Source: Octopus sinensis
Taxonomy: Eukaryota
Reading direction: 5' to 3'
Length of the DNA stretch: 64,000 bases
Assembly: GCF_006345805.1 (NCBI RefSeq)
Contig: NC_043009.1
Span: 36,580,001-36,644,000, forward strand
This document shows positions 14,801 to 27,600 of this stretch, piece after piece. How positions within the stretch are numbered: position 1 is the first letter of the stretch; each line of letters begins with the position of its first letter. Position numbers and translations under genes: made by a program. The notes beneath the pieces were generated by a model, which was not told where the DNA came from, did no database searches, and saw nothing but the letters and a program-made list of their open reading frames with translations.

Positions 14801-17800
14801 GGGATAAACCCAAAGTACCAATTTCTGAGCTACCAAGGATCCCTAAGAGAAGTCGAAGGGAATTGTATAAACGGGAGAAATCATCCAGAAGTGATGGTCC
14901 TGAGTTGAAGAGTGTTCTTGGAAGAGTAGACATGTCTGATTATAAAATGAAACGAGGCTGGGGAAAGAAAGATCGTAAAAGTCGGTGGGATCCTGATGAC
15001 TGGAATCAATCGGAAAGGGATCTTGATTTTATCAGTAGCCGAGACCGTAAGTCAGATGGAAATAAAAGTTACCATTCAGATCGTTCTGAAAGTAGTCACG
15101 AGAGTGAAAAATATGGCTTTGAGTACAAAGAATCAAGATCTCGGAAGAAACGACATGATATTTCTCGAAGTCACTCAAAAAGCCATAAAGAAAGTACAGT
15201 AGATTACAGAGACATTCCACACTGTCGTTATTCTCCAGAGAAATCCAAAACCCGAAAACGAGAGCGTAGTCGTAACCACAGTCGCTCATGTTCTCGGGAT
15301 AAAGTCTTTGATTATGACAAATCAAGCAAGAGAAAGAGTAGAGGGCGTAGCAGGGACAAAAGTCCCGGCAGAAAGTCCAAAAGACATCGCTCTTACTCTA
15401 GAAGCCCATCACGTAAATCTCATAAAGACAGAGGTTTGAGTGATAAAAGGCGGCACAGAGATGAACGCAAGAGAGTTGAAGACCGTGTCCATAAGCGATA
15501 TTCTGACAGATTGGAATATGAAGAGAAAAAAAATAGACATCACCCAGAAGAATTTGAGGAGTGGGATGATGGTTCTTGCCAAGTTATTGATTATCCTGTA
15601 GAACAAAATGAATCCCCTCCAACAACTAAATCAGAGCGAAGCAAAAAATCCTCTGACCGTTTCTATAAAACTTCTCCAAATGATAAAGTAAGTGAAAATT
15701 TCTTTGAAAAAAGACCGTCACAAGAAAGAAGTGCTTTTAAAGGAAATAAGGTAGATGATACAGGGCATTTCTACAATGCACGCTCAACAACTAAAAAGCA
15801 AAAATTTGTTGATCGCTTTTATAAAGCTCCGCATCTCCGAGATGCTGGTACAGAAAAATTCCCAATTCATCTGTCTGAAGATGAAACTGAAGCTGAGCCA
15901 ACTGCCAGCAAACCTGAGACCGAGGAAGTCCAGAAGAGCAATGATGATGAAAATCAAGTGAAAGAAAATGAAACTGACAGTGGAAATAGTGAGTATGATC
16001 CTGCATTCCCAACAGAGTCAGGAAGTCCAATGCGACGCGAAGAGGCTCCACAATTGCTTGAAAAAGTTGAGGAAGAGAGCACACCAGCTTTGTCTGAATC
16101 TGAAAGTAGTTCTGCACCTTGCACAACTATTGAAGACACTTCACCTACTTGCACACAGGCTGTTGTAGCAAGTGACCCTCCATTCATACTCCAAGAAAAC
16201 CCCAGTGTACAAAATCTTCCAGTGCAATCCCAGAACATTACATTTCCTATGGGACTTCGAATGATGCCCCCCAATATGCCTCAGCATCTGATGATGAACC
16301 CCATGTTTTTAAGTCGCCCTCCTCCATTCGGTAGGTTACCTCGTATGGCTGGACCTGTAAATCGAATGGGTTGGCCCATGAATCCTTCAGGAATGATGCA
16401 GTTACCTCCCAATCGTTTTGGTCCAGCACGTATGGGTCCTGGTGGTGCAATGCCTCCAAGGCCGGGTCTACTCAATGGAGGGTTTGAGAGCATGTCTCAA
16501 GAACCTGGGCAACCTATGTCTTCTTTCAAGCAACACCCATGTGACCCCAGACACCTTCCTTCCCAAACCCACTCGCCTGGACAAATTTCTCGCACTGGCC
16601 TTCCCACTCCACCCAATATATCACACATACCTCCTCCTGGGCCTTTGCTCACACAGCAGCACCCTCCTCCTCCCCCTCCAACCTCACAAATGCATATGCC
16701 CCTACCCACCACATCACTTGCAACGACATCGTCTCAATCTCTGAACTTGGAATTAGACGATGGTCAAAGCCCAGCCTCAGTTCACTTGCCACAGCACCAG
16801 CAACAGAGTCTTGGCACGATAGGGATTAGCAAAGCTCAACCGTCCTCTGAAAAGTCTCTGCCACCAAATTTCATTGTACCTGAAATGAATCAGTTAACAA
16901 AACTGCTTGAAGCCCAGGCACAACTGGCAATGTTAGCTGAAGACGGCAGCAAGAGCGAGGGCAAGCAGAGGAACAAACAGCCGTCTATCTCTCAGAACAG
17001 TGATATTGATGTTTTTAAAATTCCCTTGCCTCCCATGGCCCCACCCACTATACCACCTCCAGCTTTAGCATTACAGTTAATGCCACCCCCAGATTCTCTT
17101 ACTTTCTCTACTAACACCACTTCTACTACTAACAATTCTGTTACTACCAATACATTTAGTAATAGTAATAGTAGTAGTAACAATATCAGTAGCAGCAACA
17201 ACAACAACAGCAGCAGTGGTGGTGGCGGTGGCAGCAGCAGTAGTAGCAGCAGCAACACTACCAGTAATAATGTAAAAGTCTATAAAAGCCATCAATTGAA
17301 ATTATCGAACAGCCACAGGTCATCAGAACCACCATCAGAGTCAACGGAAGTGGTGGACATGGATGTTGCTTCACCCCTTGATGATGATGTTGAAATTGAA
17401 TTGCCTGCATCACCAGAACTTGATGATATTGATGACAGTAAGCTGAGTTCCAAAGACTCTTCTGTAATAGAATTGTCTGTGGTTGAAGATATGCCTGCAT
17501 CTGCAGTGGAATTGACCAATTTAACCAACAAAGAAAAGGTAGGTACTCCTCTTTTTATCTTGCAATTAACATGTTTTCTTCTTCTTCTTCCTCCTCCTCT
17601 CTCTCTCTCCATTGTTACAGGTGAAAAAAAGTCAGTTATCACCTGTTTATTGTGGTTTTTAAACCTGTTTTAATTTTAAGTGAGGTATGAATGAAACAAA
17701 TTTCTCAGAAAGAACCAAAACAAAAAACTGAAGATTTGGGATTATTTACCCTCTTACCATTTGTTTCAGTTAATCGTGAAAACAGTGAAGAATTTAGCAA

Positions 17801-20800
17801 AATCACTTTGTCATTATTAATGCAGGTGTTAAATAAACATGAAACTTTGATAAAAACTCTTAATTTGGATCACTTTAAAACGAGAAGCTTATCTGATAGA
17901 ACCAGAGGTGGTTTCAGGTGGGTTTGGTATTAGAAGGGGTTAACTTCGTCAGGTTAGCTTGCTTGCTTCTATATAATTGCTTCTTAGTGCCTCATGCTGT
18001 GTTTGATTTCATCTAAGACACGTGTTTAAAGGAAAAAAATGTTTGAAATAAATCACTCCAGGTCCTTTATGTGGAATTGAACCTATATAATATGCTTTAA
18101 CCCTTTAACATTCAGATTTCTTTGTCAAATGTAAGGCTTATTTATTCACATTGTTTTGAATTATGCATATATCAAATTAATACGCAGTAAACCTGTGGGG
18201 AAGGGTATTCTAATCATGCTCATTCCATCTTTTTATTTTCCACACAGTCTCTCTCTGAGAATATTATTTGATATGTTTTAATTTTATTTTTAAGATGAGC
18301 CAAAGGAAGCCATGGCCATTGCCAGTGTCATGTATATGGCACCTGTATCAGTGGCATGTAAAAATACTCAATTACACTCTCAGAGTGGTTGGCATTAGGA
18401 AGGGCACCCAGCTGTAGAAACCATGCTAAAATAGATTAGAACCTGGCGCAGCCCTATGGCTTACCAGTTCCAGTCAAACCGTCTAATTCATGCCAGCATG
18501 GAAAGTGAACGTTAAATGATGATGTAGGGTATTATTTAATGAAGATTTAGCTGCTATTTTTTGGTGGTATAAGCTGTTTTTTTGATTTTCCCCAAAAGTT
18601 CTAACTCAAGTAATCTCTTCTACTTGTCCTTTTGAATGGTTGTATGAGTAGACTGTTGAGCTTTGGTGTTCATACATTAACCGTTCAAATCCTTTGTATT
18701 CAGTTTGTGATGTTTATGGGCAAGACACTTTAGTCTGCATGGTTTTAGTGCATGTAGCTTATTGAGCAATAGCTGTCAGATTTAGGAAAGGATCAATAGA
18801 ATTGGTCATCCATTGATTTTTAAGACCACTGATTGGGAAAAGTCAAGAAACTGACTTGGTTACTTTTATTAAGAGAAGCAAAATATCTTCAACCAGGAAT
18901 TGAAATTATATCTCAAGCTTGGGTAACCAGGAGAAAAATAATATAATTAATATATAGGCACAGGAGTGGCTGTGTGGTAAGTAGCTTGTTTACCAACCAT
19001 ATGGTTCCGGGTTAAGTCCCACTGCGTGGCACCTTGGGCAAGTGTCTTCTACTATAGCCTCGGGCCGACCAAAGCCTTGTGAGTGGATTTGGTAGACGGA
19101 AACTGAAAGAAGCCCATCGTATATATGTATATATATATGCGTGTGTGTGTTTGTGTGTCTGTGTTTGTCCCTCTAGCATTGCTTGACAACTGATGCTGGT
19201 GTGTTTATGTCCCCGTTAACTTAGTGGTTCGGCAAAAGAGACCGATAGAATAAGTACTGGGCTTACAAAAGAATAAGTCCCGGGGTCGAGTTGCTTGATT
19301 AAAGGCGGTGCTCCAGCATGGCCGCTGTCAAATGACTGAAACCGGTAAAAGAGATATAAAAAGTTCATTAAAGGACTGTTACAGTTAAGAATTTGCAATT
19401 GTAGTGAATATTGATGTCTTTGATTTCACAAGTTTGTAGAGATGGAGTTGGGGTGAAGAAATTTAGTCTTTAATTTTGACTGGAGCTATTAAAAGGAAGC
19501 CAACTCAAAGTAATTTGAACTCAGAGCATTTGTTAGTTGTGGTAAGTGCAACTAAACACTGTCATTCAAGCTAGTATTCACTATTGTTTTGTCAGTCCAC
19601 CCTTGAGCCACTGTAATATTAGTTACTGACAGCAATATTGCTTCTCTCTTGTCAATCCACTCTTTTCAGCCACTGTAATATTAGTAACAATAGACAATAT
19701 TATGTTACTCCCTTACACAACCAACAATAATAGTAATTGTAAGTGCAAGTTTTCCATATATATATATGCCAGCTATTGCCATGCAGATCTTACAATTTTC
19801 AGATTGTTATATTGGTAATGTTAGCTGTTAATGCCATAGTAGGAAAGTCTCAATAAGCTTGTAATTCTTTGTCCTAATTTCATTTCCTGGTTGGAGCTAT
19901 TTCTGTTTTCAAGTGATGTGTGAGTGTTTTGAACTTGTAGGTGTTGTCTGTTGTCATTTCCTTGTCAATAAATTGTCTAGTAGGTCTGAAATTCCAAAGA
20001 CAAGCAGAATGAAAATTCCCCAGTTTGAAAAACAGGTAAGGATTAGTGGCAGGAAGAGCATCTGGCTGTAGTGTAACAATGCCTTAATAATGTGTGTTTG
20101 TGTGTGTGTGTGTATAACCTGTGCTAGTTTGGGAACATGGATGTAAAACAAACAAGGTGAACAGATATCATCATCGTCTGCTTTCCATGCTAGCATGCGT
20201 TGGACGTTTTGACTGAAGACTGGCGAACCAGATGGCTGCACCAGATCTGGCAAAGTTTCTACAGCTGGATGTCCTTCCTAATGCCAACCACTCTGAGTGT
20301 AGTGGGTGCTTTTACGTGCCACCGGCACAAGGGCCAGTCTCGGGCGGTACTGGCAACGGCCTATGAGCATAAGCATGTCTGAATGGCTAAGTAGTTTTCT
20401 TGCAACTATGAGGTCCCAGGTTTGATCCCACTTCAGGTTATTTGAAGCAAGTGTATTTTCCATAGCACGGAATTGTGAATCTAAGTTGGCAGGGGCTGTA
20501 TTGAAGCCTGCCAGAAGGATTGTATTTTGGAATTTAAAGTCCAGCCTTGTCATGAGTCACCACCACCATGATCGTTTTAATGACCACTTTTCCACACTCA
20601 GATGGAATTTGTTGAAATGGATTACCTATGGCTGGATGCCCTTCCTGTTGCCAACTCATGTTTCCAAGAGTAATATTTCCCCATGACCAGACATATTATT
20701 CTAGAATATTGGAAATAGACACTTTACATGAGTGACATTTGTTTACAACCATCATGCAGTGTTAAGGCATAGAAATAGTAACACAGACAAACAGGCTTCT

Positions 20801-21604
20801 TTCAGTTTCTGTCTACCAAATCCACTCACAATGCTGTGATCAGCCTGGGGCTATAGAAAACACTTGCCTAAGGTAGCATACAGTGGGATTGAACCCCAAA
20901 TCATATGATTGGGAAGTAAACTTCTTACCACACAAACTTGTGCCCTTGTGTGTATATATAAATGGCATGTGGTTAGTAAGTAAATACATGATGTGTGGAT
21001 GAGAGGACTCTTTAGTTTTATTGTGGATATGTGAAGGCATGTGGCTTAGTGGTTAGGGCATTCAGCTTACGATCGTATGGTCGTGAGTTCAATTACTAGC
21101 GACACATTTTGTCCTTGAGCAAGACACTTTATTTCATGTTGCTCCAGTCCACTCAGCTGGCAAAAATGAGTAGTATCTGTATTTCAAAGGGTTGGCCTTG
21201 TCACACTTTGTGTCACGCTGAATCTCCCTGAGGACTACGTTAAGGGTACACATGTCTGTGGAGTGCTCAGCCACTTGCACATTAATTTCACGAGCAAGCT
21301 GTTCTCTTGATCGTATCAGCTGGGACCGTTGTCGTCATAACCGACGGAGTGCTCCTTGTTGTGGATATGATCTCCTCTTCTGTGATGGTGCCACAATAAA
21401 ATGTACCTGATATGATGTGTAAAAGGGTTGGTGTTAGTACTTCTCGCTGTACAAAGCATGCTAAACAATAGTATGTATGGAACATAAGTTACAAAGTAAA
21501 TATAACCTGCAATAAAGATTTTATCTCTGGTTTTCAATATATATAATGGCGGTGCCCCAGCATGGCCACAGCTCAATGAGCTGAAACTAAAATCAAATCA
21601 ATCA

Positions 21605-21648
<44 letters not shown>

Positions 21649-24600
21649 ATGTGATGACACACACACACATCCATGTGTACATATATACAGGCTTTGTTCA
21701 TGCTAGGGCACTTATTTATTTTTTTTTTTGAGAGCAAGTGGTGTGTGGGACAAAAATGTTGAGTCACTGCACTAAACATAGGATAAATTTTGAAAATTTG
21801 AATGCAATGCTTCTGAATAGTTAAAATAAATACTTAATATGAAATAGATAGCAATAGTGTATCTGAATGCCACTCCTTAAATATACATCTGGTTGTCAGT
21901 AAGTCTGTTATACACATTACAGCTGGAATATAAGCTATTTAGACATTTTCTTTGCATTTTGCTTTCCTGTAGATATTGCTTTATTAAACCTACCTCTTAG
22001 AATATTGCTCTTCACCATATTGGCAAATAGTTGTAACCAAAACCAAATATCATTCCAAATAAACAGGAATCCAAATTCTCTTACATTTCTCATTTGATTT
22101 TGTTGTCTCTCACACACTCTCCATTTTTCTTTAACTCAGGGTTTCACTGTATTTAAAAAAAAGCCTTGAATAAAATTAGTAGAGCATTGTCTTGCTGGAG
22201 TCTAATTATCCAGCCTTTGGTTATGCAACTAATTGTTCAGTAATAATAAAATGTTATCCAATCCAGAAAGTTTAAAATCCTGTTTTGTAATTCAAGAATA
22301 CCACTAGAGCAATGTCCCTTTTTCTCCATATTACTTCTCTCTGGCTAGACTCACAAGTATGTGATGGGTAACAGCTAAATGAAAAATCCAAGAATGCAGC
22401 TCCTAAGGAATTTAGCACTACTCTTTACCATTCCATATCAAATGCAAGCAGCTTATCTTCACTAATGGTGATGAGAAAGTGCTGATTTAACAATCTTTTA
22501 GAGATTAATGGATAATATAGTTGTTAAATCAGTTAAACGATTTAAGATATTGTCCACCACAAATGATTGTTTAATATTGTTATTGTACTGAGTTTAGATT
22601 GTAGTTGAGTGGGGTCAGTGTTTGTTGCTTTCATTTGCTGTACTTGACCACTGGTACTCAGCTCTTTCATTGCACATTTCAAAATAACATGTCAAATATA
22701 CCAGGTAGGTGATCCTTTAGTCTGGTCTTAAAAAGTTGAGCTGCCATATAGATTCTGTCTTGGCTCATTGACCAGTGTTTGTGTGGAACACTCTGTGGAA
22801 GTTACAGCATGTCTTTTATGCAGCTTCTGAATGTGTACATATTTTGATTGTATTGAAACTGAGACTAGATAATGGAATTGATGCAGAAGTTTTATTTTGA
22901 AACAGTTGACCCAGGAAAGTTTTTTAACTTAATTTGTGAATACCATTTATAAGTTAGCAATTTTCTTCATTTTTTTAAAAAAGTTACTAAGCTTCAGTAT
23001 ATAATGCTATTACATAAATATCTAAGAAGACTATGTTGATGTATTTTTGGTACTTACTGAGGTGTAATTCCCAAATATTTGTTTAAAGAGTGACTTCATG
23101 CTGGAAGTTTGTGAGGTTTTAAAGGAGGACAACATGAAGTTGTTGATGTTTTATTTCTCCACAAAAGCATTAACTATTTAAAAGAAGTGCAACTGGTTCA
23201 GTAAGAATATAGCAATGCACACTGTCTAACTGTCCCAAGATGAAATCTGCATGGCACCAATTTGTCTTTCTGGTGTTGAATAAAATAGTCAATAAAATTC
23301 ACTAAATAATGCCTTCTCATTTCCATTCAGCTTGGAAATTTGTTGCTATTTCTTTGAAAAATATTCCTGTTCCCAGATTATTTTTAATCTGTGAGCATCA
23401 CAACCAACTCTTTTCTCTCCCTTAAAACCTTTAGGATATTTATCACTGAAAGAATCTACCATTTTCCATTATCAATAAGTACCAATAATATACTCAGTTA
23501 GTCACTCACCTCTATCTTTCTCCTACAAATTGGTAAACTTAAGTTAATGTGATAAATTGCTGTTATGTCCCTCATTCTGATTTCAAGTCTCACCCGGGTC
23601 AACTTCTATCTTATCTATTGTAGTTGATTTAATTAACTACATGTAGCCTCCCACAAAATTTGTGACTTTGTACCTGTGTTAGAAACCATTTTTGTTGTTA
23701 TTGCAGGTGCTGTGATATAGTAAAGTTATGATTAAAGTCATATCTTCTAGCTGGTTTCAGTTCACATCACATCTTCTACCACCTGTCTTTTCAAAAAAAA
23801 AAAAAAAAAAGGCATATCTCTTTTCTCTTGTGAATAAATATAATTTTGTACATAAGAATGAGATCCTTACTCGAGGCCTGGAATTATCTCTGGAAGAGGC
23901 AGAAAGAGGCCAAGTTGAATCTAATGTGGTTGAAACATGAAATACAGCGTGTCCTACCATTACAATTTGAAAAATTCAGTAAGAATTGACAACTAAGGTC
24001 AACTCAGCTGAGTATATTGGAAAAAAGGCAAAATTTTATGAGAAACATCAGAATACTTCTATGTGTGTGCTATTGGTTGCATGCAAGTTGATTGATGGAT
24101 GTCAATTTCAATAGATACAATAAATTGTGGAAGTTGTAAATATAATTTATGAACATACTGTAATATATAGCCTTAGCCATCATTGACTTGATACTGACAA
24201 TAGCATCATCAGGTAGGGTGGTGGACTTAATGCATTGAGTGTTTGGTCTCATTTTGCTGGGTCAGGTTTGCCTTTGATTGTTCTGGGGATCAATAACTAC
24301 TGTTTAAAGTTGAACCACAGAAATGATACAATATTAGACTAAATTACTTTGCTCAATATACTTCTCAGTTTAGTTCAATAAAATACCTGTAATGTATTAC
24401 TGCACCTTTCCCTGTAACTCTGTCAGAAATCTCTATTTTTATCATTCATTCTAAAATTTGTGATCTGTCATATATATATTCAGCACTCTTTCACATGATG
24501 TCATTTGTGTTTCAATTTATAATTTGTCTTTTTCATTCAAACCTAAATTAGTAACATTATTATTATTATTATTATTAAGGCAGTGAGCTGGCAGAATTGT

Positions 24601-27600
24601 TAGTACATTGGATAAAATGCTTAGTGGCATTCCTTCTGGCTCTACATTCTATGTTCATATTTCACAGAGATTGACTTTGCCTTTCATCCTTTTGGTGGTT
24701 GGTAAAAGTACTTGGGGCAATGTAATCGACTCCCTCCCATAAAACTGCTGGCCTTGTCCAAAATTTGAAACCATTATTATTATTATATTTTATGTTAGTA
24801 GTATTATTGTCATGGCACAACTATTTTTGCTAAATTGGTTTGATTACCACTTTAGGCACTTTTTGTTTCACTTAGCTCACTGATGCTGTTGAGAAAAAAA
24901 TCATGAACATGACCCTTGTATACCTCTCCTGTTGTCTCACTGCTAAAGGACGATCTCGGTCATCTCGAAATATTATGTAACAAGGAAAAAAGTCTCAATT
25001 TTGTTTTCTTCATAGAAATATCATTTCTCCATGAAATTGATACTTAATCAAAAAAAAAAAAAGAATTTTTATTTCTCTTTATTGATATGCTAAAGAGAAT
25101 GACTAAAATTCTGTTATTATGAACAGAGATGCCACTTATTTGTAGAGTTATTTAGAATATTCATGCAAAAAAATACAAAAATTAGATTTCTTGTAGTTTC
25201 CCCATCTTTAGGTTAAAATTATTTCTTTTCAGCACTAAATATATTTGTCTTTCTTTTATAAACACACACATTTCTGTACATATGTATATGCACGTGTGTG
25301 TGTGTGTGTATGTATATATATGTATATATTATGTATATGCATATATAAAATGTGTATACAAATATGTTTAAATTGTGTGTAGCTAGTGATGCAGTAGAAA
25401 GCTATTTCTTTGGTTGTTTGTTTTAGGCCATTAGTATTGTTGATAAAATATCTTCATAAATCTCTCTGCCTGTCTCATCTTTGTTGCAATTATTTGGCAC
25501 AAAGATATGGACCCCCTGAATTGATCAGATTTTCTTAGCGCTATATTTATCATCCCCACAGCACGCATCAAGGCTCGCAAAGGGCAATCGAAAGACATGT
25601 CAACAACGAACCCTATCACCCACATCTACCAAGGTCAGCTACATGGGGGTGAGCATTCCAAATTTTTGAATTATTTCATTGCAAAAGCTGCCTTCCGTCA
25701 CTCACGGATTGTTCTCATATCTCCTGTTGTTTATTTGTTTAAGCTACATAACAGTTTAAAAGAAATTTGTCTTATATATATATTTATCTGCTTAATTTAC
25801 TTTTTGTATCTCTAAAAATAAAAATCTTTTGGTTTTGTAAACTCTGTTTCCAAAATTATTACCACTATATTTAATCGAGATGGTAGTGTTCGATTGTGTC
25901 TTGTGTTTCTATGTTCAATTCATGACAGTATTGAATTCTCTGCCACCCCTACAACAACGTTAAGTAAATTCCATTAAGATATATTCTAACATTGATTTAG
26001 CCTCTCCTTTATAAAAACAACATAAAAGGAATAATTAGCAAGAAGATCTAATCAACTTTTGATAATTTTATTTTAATGTCAGGTAATAATGTGACAAATG
26101 AATTGTGTTAGTTTTTATATGTTGATGAGGTACAGCTTTCAGCCTAACTCCATTGACAGCTTTCATTGTTTTCCTGATTTACAAAATGAACCTTCAGTAA
26201 GGTTGCTGTGGTATTTTATTTGATAGAAAATTGTTATTATTATTTATGTAAAAAAGAAGAAAAAAAAAGAAAGGAGAATCAGTGTAGTTGTCCAAAATAT
26301 GTTTAGCTTTCTAGAAATTATTTTCAAGGTTTTAGATTAGAAATACAAATACTAACAATTTGGGTAAAAAAAAACCCAATCCTGTTATAATAATTTGACC
26401 AGGAACTTTTGTAATTTCTATTAAAATCAGACAGAATTGTTTCTGAAGCAATACTTTGGAATTAATTTTCTTTTTAATAATTTTATATAAAATTAGGTCA
26501 GCACAGTTATTTTAGTGCTTTTAGTTAACATGTGGCATCTCTGAAAAAATTCATTGATACAGAATTTTATCTTTTCCTTTTGTTAAAAATATTGATATTG
26601 TTCCAGTTGTACTTTTGTGTGTATAGACTGTTTCCTACTTCAAAGATTTATTTTTTTCCTTAAAACCAACCAAAATAAAGATCTTGTGATAGAAGAGGAT
26701 ATTTGGTTGATCAAAGTCATTTTTGCAACACCTCAGTTTTAGTCATAAGTTCTCACTAGTTAGTGTTTGGCAAGCTGAGACCATTACTTCATAGTTTTGA
26801 TTCTGTTTCACTTCACATTCTTAACGATTTTTGTAAATTCAGATATTACTGTCAGAATCCTATTTTGCATGCTCTTTAAATGTTCAACTTCGTGTCACTT
26901 GGAAGAAACAGAACGGAACTATTGAAGCATTAATTTTTTAATCCAACTAGTGTATATTTTAACAAGTTATGTCTATTTATCCTCTGAAGAGACATATGAC
27001 ATATCTGCACCATTGGATGCTCCTGAACGAGTTAAGTATCCCACCTGTGAGGGATTGATGCTAGATGTGTTGAAACAATTGTAGTGATTAATAGAAATTC
27101 TCGTATTTTCCGTCTTCTGTCTTTCATTTACCATATGGATATTTAGTCAGGAGGGAATGCAGTGTCTATAATCCTTAATAGGGTCTCTGAGAACTTTGAG
27201 GGGGAAGAGGGCATAAGGTACCCACAACAAAATGGTTTCTGCTAAAAGCACTCAAAGAGCCATGTGGTGGTATTAAACCAGGCAAAAGGTTCAATTTGCC
27301 ACCCTTAGTGATTCACTCTTCGTTAAGTCTGTACTTTGCTGATGAGGTCTCATAAGACCAAAATATGTTAAGAGTTGTTTTCCATATGTGTTCAGATAAT
27401 TTATATCATTTAATCAGTGACTAACGTTGTTCTTTCTTCAATGTATAAATGTGAAATTTTTCTGTTTTTCAGTATATGAAGAAGTTGCAAATACAAGAGC
27501 GTGTTGTAGATGAAGTGAAATTGGCCATAAAGCCTTTTTATAGTGGCAAAAAAATAGACAAAAACGAATATAAAGAAATTCTACGGAAAGCTGTTCCGAA

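Noticed and set aside
13524-17642. Antisense and alternate-frame ORFs over the giant exon (poly-L, poly-S)
   Set aside because: They are shadows of the low-complexity PHRF1 coding sequence.
13282-17673. 1463-aa ORF as a standalone intronless gene
   Set aside because: Both ends run into intron-like polypyrimidine sequence. Splice sites at 13304 and 17538 join it in frame to conserved flanking exons.
17900-17960. Minus-strand CTGACGA...GAAA hammerhead-like motif
   Set aside because: It straddles the end of a piggyBac-type MITE and its flank, and stems I and II do not pair convincingly.
19588-19689. Small ~60-bp tandem duplication (gccactgtaatattagt)
   Set aside because: An ordinary local intronic duplication with no sign of function.
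23728-23940. Short ORF ending [26 protein letters not shown] as a hidden exon
   Set aside because: I recognised no homology, found no convincing donor/acceptor pair in phase, and the ORF runs through a poly(A) tract.
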